This document shows positions 1-8,634 of a stretch of 64,000 bases of DNA, piece by piece. Under the pieces are notes generated by a model, which did no database searches, was not told the origin of the DNA, and saw only the letters and a list, made by a program, of their open reading frames with translations. Position numbers and translations under genes: made by a program. Positions within the stretch are counted from its first letter, which is position 1, and every line of letters begins with the position of its first letter. Source of the DNA: an uncultured Acidobacteriota bacterium (lineage in GTDB: Bacteria; Acidobacteriota; Thermoanaerobaculia; UBA5066; Gp7-AA6); assembly GCA_963782585.1 (NCBI GenBank), contig CAWAKL010000001.1:250133-314132 (forward strand). The letters run 5' to 3'.

Positions 1-374
1 ACCACGACACCGAAGCGCCGGCGACCGTGCTCAACTCGCTCATGACGATCACCCGGGCCGCCGGACGGATCGGGATCCCGGGTCTCTACGTCACCGACGA
101 TCCCGGATCGAAGGACGAGGCGGCCCGGCACGGCAATCTCCGCATGCGGTTCGGGCTCGGCTGGGCGAAGTCGCAGGCCTTCTTCACCGGCCAGACGCCG
201 GTCCTGCGCTACAACCGCCAGCTGATGCAGGCCATCCTTCACGACCGGCTGCCCATCGCAAAGATCGTCAACGCCACGGTGATCTCGCTCGACGCGGCGC
301 CGGAGGGCTACCGGAACTTCGATTCCGGCGCGGCGAAGAAGTTCGTGATCGATCCCCACAAGATGGTGGCGTAG
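1..374 (+). CDS. C-terminal fragment of a Zn-dependent alcohol/formaldehyde dehydrogenase (glutathione-independent formaldehyde dehydrogenase-like); the 5' end lies outside the window
   Basis: ORF 27..374 is open back to base 1 in the same frame. The C-terminal motif pattern (GIPGLYVTDDPG...MRFGLGWAKSQAFFTGQTPVLRYNRQLMQAILHDRL...) resembles the FdhA-type MDR family as recalled from memory. Confidence 0.55.
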   Translation, partial: HDTEAPATVLNSLMTITRAAGRIGIPGLYVTDDPGSKDEAARHGNLRMRFGLGWAKSQAFFTGQTPVLRYNRQLMQAILHDRLPIAKIVNATVISLDAAPEGYRNFDSGAAKKFVIDPHKMVA

Positions 375-388
375 CGGACGCGCGCGCG

Positions 389-838
389 ATGCGTTTCGAA
401 GGCAAGGTCTCGATCCAGGCGCCCCGGCAGAAGGTGTGGGAATTCCTCACGGACCCCGAAAAGGTCTCGAAGGCGGCGCCCGGCCTCGAGTCTTTCGAGG
501 TCCTCGAGCCGGGAAAGAAATTCCGCGCGACGACCTCGGTCGGCTTCGGCGCGGTCCGTGTCCGGTTCGTGAACGACGTCGAGTGGGTGGAGATGGATGC
601 TCCGAACGTCGCCCGCATGAAGGCCCACGGAAGCGCGCCCGGCTCGGCCGTGGACGCGACCACGGCGATGACCCTGACCGATCAGCCGGACGGCGGCACC
701 CACCTCGGCTGGTCCGCCGATATCCAGGTCGTGGGCACGGTGGCGAGCATGGCCGCGCGGTTGATGGGCGGCGTCACGAACAAGCTCACCGCCGCGTTCT
801 TCGAACGGGTCCGCGAGGAGATCGAGTCGGCCGCCTAG
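389..838 (+). CDS. coxG: SRPBCC-family CoxG-like protein (carbon monoxide dehydrogenase subunit G family)
   Basis: 149 aa and a compact ORF, 15 nt after the upstream stop. The sequence MRFEGKVSIQAPRQKVWEFLTDPEKV... is typical of CoxG/SRPBCC proteins. Confidence 0.75.
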   Translation: MRFEGKVSIQAPRQKVWEFLTDPEKVSKAAPGLESFEVLEPGKKFRATTSVGFGAVRVRFVNDVEWVEMDAPNVARMKAHGSAPGSAVDATTAMTLTDQPDGGTHLGWSADIQVVGTVASMAARLMGGVTNKLTAAFFERVREEIESAA

Positions 839-864
839 CGCGCCCGCTCGGATTCGGACTGTCC

Positions 865-1956
865 GTGAGAGACGTTCTTCCCGACATCGAGCGCTGGCAG
901 GGCGAAGGCCGGCAGGTCGCGATCGCGACCGTCGTCGAGACGTGGGGCTCGGCCCCGCGGCCGGCGGGCGGCAAGATGGCCCTGACGGAGGACGGCCGCA
1001 TCGCGGGCTCGGTCTCCGGAGGCTGCGTCGAGAATGCCGTCGTCGAGGCCGGGAAGAAGACGCTCGCGAGCGGCACGCCCCAGCTTCTGCACTACGGAAT
1101 CTCGGACGACACAGCCTGGAGCGTGGGCCTCGCCTGCGGCGGATCGCTCGACGTGTTCGTGGACCGGCTCGACCCGGCCCTCTTCCCGGCCGTCGACGCG
1201 GCCCTCCGCGCCGAGAAACCGCTGGCGATCGCGACGGTCATCCGCGGAACCGAGGAGGAGCTCGGCCGAAAGCTCGTTCTCTTCGAGGACGGGTCGGTGC
1301 GGGGCGCCTCGGACGAGGCGCTCCTGGCCGAAGCGCGCGCCGGTCTCGCCTCGGGACAGAGCCGCCGGATCTCCGCCGGCGAACGCGAGATCTTCGTCGA
1401 CGTTCTCCGTCCCGCGCCGCGCCTGGTGATCGTCGGAGGCGTCCACATCGCGATCGCCCTCGTGTCGCTCGCGAAGACGCTCGGGTTCCGGACGATCCTC
1501 GTCGATCCGAGGGAGTCCTTCGGCAACGCCCGGCGCTTCCCCCACGCGGACGAGATCGTGAACGACTGGCCGGACGCCGCCCTTGCCCGCATCGCGCCGG
1601 ACAGCTCCACGGCCGTCGCGATCCTGACGCACGACCCCAAGCTCGACGATCCGGCCCTTCTGGCCGCGCTTCCCGGACGATCGTTCTACGTCGGCGCTCT
1701 CGGCTCGAAGCGCACCCAGGAAAAACGGCGCGCGCGCATGGTCGAAGCGGGGCTCGCTTCGGATGTCCTGGCGCGCCTCCACGGACCGATCGGCCTGCCG
1801 CTCGGCGGCCGCTCGCCCGAGGAGATCGCGGTGGCGATCCTGGCCGAAATTGTCGCGACGCGAAACGGCGCGCCCGGGATCGCCGCGCGAAACGGAGTCG
1901 CGGCTTCGAAAGCCTCAGGCCGAGCCGAGGTCGAGGAGCGCACGGCGAAGGCGTGA
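865..1956 (+). CDS. XdhC/CoxI-family molybdo-enzyme maturation (accessory) protein
   Basis: GTG at 865 lies in the frame of ORF 436..1956, so the first roughly 140 aa of that ORF are wrong-frame extension over coxG. Conserved XdhC-like blocks are present (GSVSGGCVE, LVIVGGVHIA, ILTHDPKLDDPAL, YVGALGSKRT). Confidence 0.75.
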   Translation: MRDVLPDIERWQGEGRQVAIATVVETWGSAPRPAGGKMALTEDGRIAGSVSGGCVENAVVEAGKKTLASGTPQLLHYGISDDTAWSVGLACGGSLDVFVDRLDPALFPAVDAALRAEKPLAIATVIRGTEEELGRKLVLFEDGSVRGASDEALLAEARAGLASGQSRRISAGEREIFVDVLRPAPRLVIVGGVHIAIALVSLAKTLGFRTILVDPRESFGNARRFPHADEIVNDWPDAALARIAPDSSTAVAILTHDPKLDDPALLAALPGRSFYVGALGSKRTQEKRRARMVEAGLASDVLARLHGPIGLPLGGRSPEEIAVAILAEIVATRNGAPGIAARNGVAASKASGRAEVEERTAKA

Positions 1957-3615
1957 GTGCCGGCGCAGAAGGCGGAGATACCGCCGCTCGCCGCCCGCCG
2001 CCTTCGCCCGCACGACGTCGACGGCGGCCGCTCGCTCGGCCGGGCTCCAGCGCGACAGACCGGGCACCAGATCGAGCACCAGCGCGAAGCTCGAGAACGC
2101 AATACGCTCGTTCGCGGACAAAGACCGCGGCGAGAGCCGCAGGGCTCGCGCGACTCGCGTCTCCGCCCTCTCGCGAAACCGGTCCGCGCTCGTTCCATCC
2201 TTCCGCATGCGCCGGTTCACGGCGAGACCCAACCGCCGGACATGGAAGCGGTCCCAGGCCCCCGGCGTCGTCCCCGGCGCGTCGTAGATGAGGTTTCCGA
2301 CGACGAGCCGCTGGAGCGTTCGCCGCGAGGAGCGATAGGCCGGGTCGCGCGCGATGCGCCGCTCCTCGCTCTCGAGCAGCCTGCGGACCGCCGCTTGTGT
2401 CGGGCGGAATCCGAGCTTGCGGTAGAACCAGAAGGCGCCGGAATCGAGCGCCTCGTCGTTTTCGAATCCGAGCTGGTAAGGGTCGATCGAGAACGACGTC
2501 ACGCCCAGCGCGTCCTTGTGCAGCTTGAGGACCTGGGCATAGATCCAGGCCGACTCCCCTTCGCGGAACGTGTAGTACATGTTGAAACCGATCTCGAGCC
2601 GCTCGGCCAGGGCGAGACCCTCGATGTACCCGATGGGAACGCCGTTCTTGACGACGAAGCCGCCGTAGGCCGAACGCAGCGGCAGCCGACGCTCCGGCAG
2701 GACGCCGACGAGAAAGAGCTCCACGCCACGCCCCGGGCGGGCGGCGACGACCGAGGCCGGATCCGCGTAGGTGAACGTGTAGAACTCGCGGTAGCGCGCG
2801 GCCGTGGCCTCGCGCATCCGATCGCAGATGCGTTCGCCTTCCGTGCGCGAGAGCCGGCGGAGGGCCAGGGGCGGCCCCGACAGGATGGCGTCCAGCGAGA
2901 CGTCCCGGCGCGAAAGAAACGGCGCGTCGTGAAAGAACGCCGCCGGACCGGGGATTCGCATCCGCGTCCGCGAGGCCGGGCCGTCGCCCAGCTCCCAGGA
3001 GATCGGGACCTCCAGTGCGTCGAAGCGCTCCGCGCGGTCGTCGCGGGGCAGCGGCATCCGCGCGTAGCGCTCGAGAAGCCAGGCCGGATCGTCGCGACGG
3101 GGTCCCGCACCCGCGTCCAGCCACTCGAAGTACGCGACGTTGGCGTCGGCGAGCGCCTCTTCCTCGAGGAGCGGCAGAAACTGCGGCCAGCTCGCGCGCA
3201 TCCGGTCGGTCGCGACACCGGCGTCCCAGTCGAGGCGAACCCGCCGCGGGAACCGGCCCACCAGGAAGCGCGCGGCATCGAAGGAGTAGTCCGTTCCGAT
3301 CGTGGTTCCCGCGATGCCCGCGACTTCGGGAGCGTCGAAGGGCGAGAGATCCGCGCCGTCGTCTTCGAGGGCCGCCACACGCCGCGCCAGGGTGCGCAGA
3401 AGGCGCTCCGCGCCGTCGCGAACATGCCGATCGTGCGGATACGCGCACAGGAAGAGAAGCGCCTCGTGAAAACGAATCAGCCGCTCCGGGTCCGAAGACG
3501 CGAAGCGGCGCGCGGAAGCGATCGCGCGCCTCGCCTCGCCGGCTCCCGGGCGCACATGACGCGCGCGCTCGAGGCGGCGGAGGATCGCGTCGGCGCGGAT
3601 CGGCACGGCGCGCAT
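1915..3615 (-). CDS. Hypothetical protein, roughly 566 aa, with a C-terminal region that looks GNAT-fold-like (…FWFYRKLGFRP)
   Basis: Long minus-strand ORF (1915..4221) whose upstream part overlaps a convincing plus-strand secreted-protein gene. Start was set at ATG 3615 (MRAVPIRAD…). Non-low-complexity sequence supports a real gene. Function not recognised. Confidence 0.55.
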   Translation of the reverse strand: MRAVPIRADAILRRLERARHVRPGAGEARRAIASARRFASSDPERLIRFHEALLFLCAYPHDRHVRDGAERLLRTLARRVAALEDDGADLSPFDAPEVAGIAGTTIGTDYSFDAARFLVGRFPRRVRLDWDAGVATDRMRASWPQFLPLLEEEALADANVAYFEWLDAGAGPRRDDPAWLLERYARMPLPRDDRAERFDALEVPISWELGDGPASRTRMRIPGPAAFFHDAPFLSRRDVSLDAILSGPPLALRRLSRTEGERICDRMREATAARYREFYTFTYADPASVVAARPGRGVELFLVGVLPERRLPLRSAYGGFVVKNGVPIGYIEGLALAERLEIGFNMYYTFREGESAWIYAQVLKLHKDALGVTSFSIDPYQLGFENDEALDSGAFWFYRKLGFRPTQAAVRRLLESEERRIARDPAYRSSRRTLQRLVVGNLIYDAPGTTPGAWDRFHVRRLGLAVNRRMRKDGTSADRFRERAETRVARALRLSPRSLSANERIAFSSFALVLDLVPGLSRWSPAERAAAVDVVRAKAAGGERRYLRLLRRHSRLRRALLDLGSA

Positions 3616-3652
3616 GCTACCTTCGATGTATGCTCCGGCGCTCGGAGGACGC

Positions 3653-4570
3653 ATGACCCCGTCTCGACCGCGCCTGCTGCTCGCGGCCGCCGCCTCGCTC
3701 GCCCTCGCCATCCCGCTCTGCGCGCAGGCGCCGACGTCGGTGATGAGACCGTCCCCCGCTCCGGCGAAGCCCGTCGCTCCCGCCCCGACCGCCGCCCCGA
3801 CTCCTTCCGCCGCCGCGCTCGCCGAAGGGAAGGTGCTGTTCGCGAAAGTCGTCGAGTGGCTCGGGGGACCGCAGAAGATCGCGTCGGTCAAGGACGTCCG
3901 GACACGCGGGCGTCTGACGGCGAAGACCGGCGATGGCGACACGACCATGGAGGTCCAGTCCGCCATGGCCTTCCCGTACCACCTGCTGCAGGAGGTCGAC
4001 TCGCCGTTCGGGCGCGTCGTCATGGTCGTGACGCCCTCGAGCGCGTTTCTCGCGAGCTCGAACGGCACGCAGGACCTGCCCCCGGCGGCCGCGGCGGAGC
4101 TGCGCAAGCAGATCGTGCGAATCCCTCTGAACCTCACGCGCAACGCCAGCGATCCGAAGCTCGTCGTTTCCGCCGGCGGCAAGGAGACGGTCGCGGGGGT
4201 CGAGACGGCGGCCCTCGACATCGCCTACGGCGCGACGTCGGTGCGGTGGTTCGTGGACCCCGCGACCGGCCGGATTCTTCGCACCGCCCACACCGGCGTG
4301 GGGCCCGACGGCCAGAGCGTCCAGATGGTTTCGGACTACCACGATTACAAGGTCGTCGAAGGGTTCCCCGTCGCGCACCGCCTCGAGATCACGTCCAACG
4401 GCGAGAAGGACCAGACGCTGATCGTCGAGGAGTACAAGTTCAACGTCGGCGTCGACCCCAAGCTCTTCGAGAAGCCGAAGACGGCGGCCGAACCGCGGCA
4501 CCCGCTGCATTCGGCGCCGGCCACCCCGCCCGCCGCCCCGCCCGCGGAGCCGCCGAAACCGAAGCCCTGA
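3653..4570 (+). CDS. Secreted protein with a cleavable signal peptide and a Pro-rich C-terminal tail; possibly LolA-like (DUF4412-like) fold
   Basis: MTPSRPRLLLAAAASLALAIPLCAQAP signal peptide, with ATG at 3653 chosen inside ORF 3614..4570. Ordinary composition. The tail is PATPPAAPPAEPPKPKP. Confidence 0.6.
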   Translation: MTPSRPRLLLAAAASLALAIPLCAQAPTSVMRPSPAPAKPVAPAPTAAPTPSAAALAEGKVLFAKVVEWLGGPQKIASVKDVRTRGRLTAKTGDGDTTMEVQSAMAFPYHLLQEVDSPFGRVVMVVTPSSAFLASSNGTQDLPPAAAAELRKQIVRIPLNLTRNASDPKLVVSAGGKETVAGVETAALDIAYGATSVRWFVDPATGRILRTAHTGVGPDGQSVQMVSDYHDYKVVEGFPVAHRLEITSNGEKDQTLIVEEYKFNVGVDPKLFEKPKTAAEPRHPLHSAPATPPAAPPAEPPKPKP

Positions 4571-4589
4571 GCGCGCGCCGCCGCCGGCC

Positions 4590-5774
4590 TCAGGGCTCCC
4601 GGGGCGGACAGGTCGTGGGCGCCCGTTTTCCGTCGAAGCGGTCGCGCATCCACTGGATGGCGCTCGTGGCACTCGTGCGACCCGCCCGCATGTGGTCGAC
4701 TCCGGCGAACGTCTCGTAGCGGACGCGCTCGCCGGTCCGGCAGAGGCCGGCCACGAAATCCGCCGTCACGGACGGCCGGACGATGGAGTCTTCTTCGCCC
4801 TGCGCGACGTAGATCGGCGCCAGGATCGGACGCCGGCCCGGCCGGTTCTCTTCGAGCAGCGCCTTCCACGGATCGGCCTCGAACGCGCCGGGCTTCAGCA
4901 TGCCGGCGTGGAGGCCGCTCGAGTCGAACCCGGCGCGATAGACCTCGCCCCACGTCTCGACGCAGTCCCGCGCCGAGCGGTCGATGACGGACACGGACTT
5001 CTCCGCGACGACCGGCTCGAGCGGCGCGCCATAGACGCGCGTCCAGGACCAGAGGCTGTAGGCCGCGATCAGCCGGCCGGCGCGCTCGGCGACGTCGTCG
5101 GCGAGCAGCTGCGCGAGCTCCGTCGCCGGGGCGATCGCGGCCACACCGGCGAGCGTGAGCTCCGGCGCGTAAATCGAGGCGATCTCGCCCGCGAAGAGCG
5201 CGGCGTGGCCGCCCTGCGAGTGTCCCCAGACCGCATAGCGGACGCTCGCGCCCGTCTTCTCGAGCTCGCGCGCGGCGCGGACCGAGTCGATCACGGCGCG
5301 GCCCTCGCTCTCGCCGACGAGATACGGGTGCGGCCCGGCCGTGCCGAGGCCCGGATAGTCCGTCGCGGCGACGACGTAGTCGAGGGCGATCAGCGCCTGC
5401 AGGTGCGGGATCGTGTCGAAGACTTCGGCGCGGAGCGAGGGCGCGCAGTTGTCGGCGACGCCCGTCGTCGGATGCGCCCAGGCCACGACGTGCCGGCCCG
5501 CGATCGGCGCGGGCAGCTCCGGCGCCACGACGATGCCCGAGACCTCGACGGGCTTTCCGTCGAGCCCGGTCGAGAAGTACAGGATCCTCCAGGCCTTCGC
5601 GCCGGGCGGCGGCTCCGAGATCTCTTCGGACCGGATCAGCCGGCCCGGGGATCGCGAGGCCACGTCCGCGGGCGCCGTGTAGAACGGCCCCGGCGGCGGC
5701 GGCCCGCCCGCGCAACCGAGGGCGAAGACGACGGCGAGCCACGCGAAGCGGCGGGACGAGCCCAAGCGGGTCAC
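4590..5774 (-). CDS. Secretory lipase family (LIP/CalA-like alpha/beta hydrolase) with signal peptide
   Basis: 394 aa. N-terminal signal (FAWLAVVFALGCAG) and a GHSQGG nucleophile elbow. Overall similarity to the PF03583 secretory lipase family, from memory. Confidence 0.75.
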   Translation of the reverse strand: MTRLGSSRRFAWLAVVFALGCAGGPPPPGPFYTAPADVASRSPGRLIRSEEISEPPPGAKAWRILYFSTGLDGKPVEVSGIVVAPELPAPIAGRHVVAWAHPTTGVADNCAPSLRAEVFDTIPHLQALIALDYVVAATDYPGLGTAGPHPYLVGESEGRAVIDSVRAARELEKTGASVRYAVWGHSQGGHAALFAGEIASIYAPELTLAGVAAIAPATELAQLLADDVAERAGRLIAAYSLWSWTRVYGAPLEPVVAEKSVSVIDRSARDCVETWGEVYRAGFDSSGLHAGMLKPGAFEADPWKALLEENRPGRRPILAPIYVAQGEEDSIVRPSVTADFVAGLCRTGERVRYETFAGVDHMRAGRTSATSAIQWMRDRFDGKRAPTTCPPREP

Positions 5775-5798
5775 AGTGTACCTTCGGGCGGCCGCTCT

Positions 5799-6554
5799 TC
5801 AGCCCAGGAGCGTTTTCAGCCGGGCGTGGCCCTCGCGGCTGACCGGGACGCGCGATCCGTCGGCCAGGATCGCGACATAGCTGCCCTTCGCATATGCCTC
5901 GAGCCGGGCGATCGCGTCCACGCGCACGAGGTGGGAACGGTGCACGCGCACGAAGCGCTTCGGATCGAGCCCGGCCGCGAGGCTCGCGAGCGTCTGCGCC
6001 TTCAGGTACGTCTTGCCTTCGCTCGAGAGCTCGACGTAGTCGTCCTGGGCCCGCGCCCCGAGCAGCTTCTCGACCGGAATGATGTGGACGCGGGCGCCGT
6101 CGCGCACGACCACGCGCTCGAGCCACGTTCCCGCGGGTCGGGCGGCCGCGGACAGGGCCCCGGCGTCCCGAGGCGCGCGGGAAGCCAGGCGTTCGCGAGC
6201 CCGCTCGACGGCCGCCGCGATCCTCGCCGCCTCGAACGGCTTCAGCACGTAGTCGACGGCGTGCACCTCGAAGGCCTTGACCGCCCATTCGTCGTAGGCC
6301 GTGACGAAGACGGCCGCGATCTTCGGGTCGAGCAGCTCGAGGACCTCGAACCCCGAGAGCTTCGGCATCTCGATGTCGAGAAAGACGACGTCGGGCGAGA
6401 GCTCCCCGGCGGCCCGCAGGGCCTCGATCCCGTTCGCGCAGTCGGCGAGCACGCGCACGCCGGGCACCTTCTCGAGGTGCTCGCGGAGGATGCTCCGCGC
6501 GGGCGCTTCGTCGTCGACGACGAGGACGCCGAGCGCGGAGGGCTCTTTGTTCAC
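5799..6554 (-). CDS. LytTR-family two-component response regulator (LytR/AlgR type)
   Basis: REC domain (VLVVDDE…DVVFLDIEMP) plus a C-terminal LytTR DNA-binding domain (…VHRSHLVRVDAI…). Confidence 0.85.
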   Translation of the reverse strand: MNKEPSALGVLVVDDEAPARSILREHLEKVPGVRVLADCANGIEALRAAGELSPDVVFLDIEMPKLSGFEVLELLDPKIAAVFVTAYDEWAVKAFEVHAVDYVLKPFEAARIAAAVERARERLASRAPRDAGALSAAARPAGTWLERVVVRDGARVHIIPVEKLLGARAQDDYVELSSEGKTYLKAQTLASLAAGLDPKRFVRVHRSHLVRVDAIARLEAYAKGSYVAILADGSRVPVSREGHARLKTLLG

Positions 6555-6576
6555 GCCGGAGCCTCCGCTCCGGACG

Positions 6577-7638
6577 TCACGCGCCCGCCTCCGCCGGGAC
6601 CGAGATGACGACGAGGAACCGGTCGGCGAGACGCTTGGCCGCGAAGAGCCCGTCGGGCCCCCACTTGGCCGCGAGGCGCTGGCGGACGTTTGCGATCCCC
6701 ACTCCCGTCCCGGGGCGCGAGGGCGCGTCCGGGTCGAACGGGTTCTCGATCAGGATCCGCAGCCGTCCGGCCGAGCAGGCCACGCTGACGCGCACCTTGC
6801 CGCCTTCGATCCGCGACGCCACGCCGTGCCGCACGGCGTTCTCGACGAGGGGCTGGAGGAGCAGCGGCGGCAGCTGGCACAGGTCGCCCCGTTCGTCGAG
6901 GTCCTCCTCGACCTGCAGCCGGTCGCCGAAACGCAGCGCCTCGACCTGCAGGTAGGCGCGCGAGAGGGCGAGCTCCTCGGCGACGGAGATCGTCTTGCGA
7001 TCGCCGACGGAGAGGCTCTTCCGCAGAAAGTCGCCCAGACGCACGCACATCTCCTGCGCCTTGGGCGGATCGGTCGAGGCCAGGGCCGAGATCGAGTTGA
7101 GACTGTTGAAGAGGAAATGCGGCCGGATCTGGGCGCGCAGGGCCGCGAGCTCGGCCTCGCGGGCCAGGATCTCGAGCTCGGCTTCTCTGCGTTCGGCGTC
7201 GCTCGCCGCCTGGAGCGCGAGGAGCACGTAGTTCAGCGCCCCCGACAGCAGGTAGAGGAGGAAGCCCGCGGCCAGCAGCGTGATCGCCTGGGCGGCAAAG
7301 CGGCCGGGCAGTCCCTGGAACGCCGGAGCCACGCCGTACGCGGCGGCGAGGACGGCCGCGAAACCCACCCAGAGCGCGGCGATGAGCGCGGCGGCCAGCG
7401 CGTGCGCCACGACGAGAGGCACGATCCGCGCCTTCTTCAGGGGAAACTGGCGGCACACGTACCAGGGCGAGAGCCCCATGAACGCGTAGGCCACCGTCAG
7501 GGGAATCGCCAGCGCGACGGCCTCGCCGAGAAACAGGCCTCCGGGCCGGGCGAGGAGCGCCGTCACGATGGCCGCGAGCGGGGCGCACGCCGCGAGATAC
7601 GGAAGCAGGCGGCCGGGTCTTGCGAGTATCGGGTGCAT
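6577..7638 (-). CDS. LytS/YehU-type sensor histidine kinase (His_kinase PF06580 + HATPase), multi-TM N-terminus
   Basis: Motifs LRAQIRPHFLFNSLNSI and ENAVRHG. Lies immediately upstream of the LytTR regulator, with the same strand and a 22-nt gap. Confidence 0.8.
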   Translation of the reverse strand: MHPILARPGRLLPYLAACAPLAAIVTALLARPGGLFLGEAVALAIPLTVAYAFMGLSPWYVCRQFPLKKARIVPLVVAHALAAALIAALWVGFAAVLAAAYGVAPAFQGLPGRFAAQAITLLAAGFLLYLLSGALNYVLLALQAASDAERREAELEILAREAELAALRAQIRPHFLFNSLNSISALASTDPPKAQEMCVRLGDFLRKSLSVGDRKTISVAEELALSRAYLQVEALRFGDRLQVEEDLDERGDLCQLPPLLLQPLVENAVRHGVASRIEGGKVRVSVACSAGRLRILIENPFDPDAPSRPGTGVGIANVRQRLAAKWGPDGLFAAKRLADRFLVVISVPAEAGA

Positions 7639-7669
7639 GACGTCGTGGCTCCGTGCTCAGCGTTGCGGC

Positions 7670-8452
7670 TCAGTGCTTGACGTCGATTCCGCCCATGAAC
7701 ACGAACCCCGAGACCGTGAGGACTTTCGGCGGGCCCTCGGCCGGCGCGCGCCGCGTCCCGGGACGATAGTCCGCGCCCCCCATGAACGGCGTCACGTCCA
7801 GAACGACGGTCCAGCCCTCGGGCACCTTCATGTCGATGCCGCCCATCACGACGAAGACCTCGATCCGGGCCGCGTCGCCTTCCATCAAGGCGTCGCGCAG
7901 GTCGATGTCGAAGCCGCCCATGATCGCCGTGACGCTGCCTCCGCGGAAAGCCGACGAACGGATCATGCGGTCGCCTCCGCCGAACATCGCGAACTCGTTC
8001 AGCCGGTCGACTCCCGTCGGCGTCGGGCCGCGAAGCCCTTCGCCGGGGCCGAGGTTCGAGCTCGTGGCGTCGAACGGCCTTCCACCGCCGGCGCCGCCCG
8101 GCGGGCCGCCTTCTTTCCGGACGTCCATCGTTCTCCAGATCAGATAGATGCCGAGCGCGACCAGGATCACAGGCCAGATGTGACGGAAGGAGACCCAGAT
8201 GATTCCCAGGTTGCGTAGAAGCAGGAGGGTCCCGACGCTGGCGAGCACCGCGCCCCAGAAACGATCGGCGTTCTTCCGCGGCCAGCAGATGTTGACGATG
8301 CCCGGAATGATCAGGACGACCGGCCAGTAATCGCCGAGCGAGCCGGCGTCGATGACGTTGAAGCTGTCCAGCGTGAAGAGGACGCCGAGAGCGATCAGCA
8401 CGAAGCCGGCGACGACTCGGGGAGAGAAGGGTGGTCTCGAAATTTCGTTCAT
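7670..8452 (-). CDS. LiaF-like / DUF2154-type membrane protein (cell-envelope stress module) with repeated MGGID(V/M)K beta-strand repeats
   Basis: Start chosen at ATG 8452 (MNEISRPPF), preceded by GGAGG. TM helices are followed by a Gly-rich region and MGGIDMK/MGGIDVK repeats. Confidence 0.65.
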   Translation of the reverse strand: MNEISRPPFSPRVVAGFVLIALGVLFTLDSFNVIDAGSLGDYWPVVLIIPGIVNICWPRKNADRFWGAVLASVGTLLLLRNLGIIWVSFRHIWPVILVALGIYLIWRTMDVRKEGGPPGGAGGGRPFDATSSNLGPGEGLRGPTPTGVDRLNEFAMFGGGDRMIRSSAFRGGSVTAIMGGFDIDLRDALMEGDAARIEVFVVMGGIDMKVPEGWTVVLDVTPFMGGADYRPGTRRAPAEGPPKVLTVSGFVFMGGIDVKH

Positions 8453-8562
8453 GTCTTTCCTCCACTCCAACGTACGCGAGGACGCCGGGCGCCTCTCACC
8501 CGAATCGGCCAACGGCGGCTCGCTGCCGGCGAACGGATGCTATTCTTCGGTGGAGTGATTCG

Positions 8563-8610
8563 TCGCGGCGACCCGTGAGGTCGCCATCGGGCGGGGCGGG
8601 CCCCGCCCCG
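8563..8610. promoter_or_regulatory. Two GC palindromes in the E2 5' leader: GCGACC-cgtga-GGTCGC (8563-8579) and CGGGGCGGG-c-CCCGCCCCG (8592-8610)
   Basis: Read directly from sequence. Located 25-70 nt upstream of the E2 start (8635), in the divergent region shared with the LiaF-like gene. Confidence 0.25.
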
Positions 8611-8634
8611 AGGTCAGGCGAGGGAGGAGCAATC

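Noticed and set aside
1238-3448. 736-aa minus-strand ORF and overlapping 920-aa (1957..4719) and 449-aa (942..2291) plus-strand ORFs
   Set aside because: Translations are Arg/Pro/Gly/Ala low-complexity (RRRRSRVRRRRSGGS…). They lie antisense or out of frame to conserved genes. This is typical of spurious long ORFs in roughly 70% GC DNA.
4345-6608. 647-aa (-) and 638-aa (+) ORFs spanning the lipase and LytTR genes
   Set aside because: Same low-complexity composition. They overlap well-supported genes on the opposite strand or in another frame.
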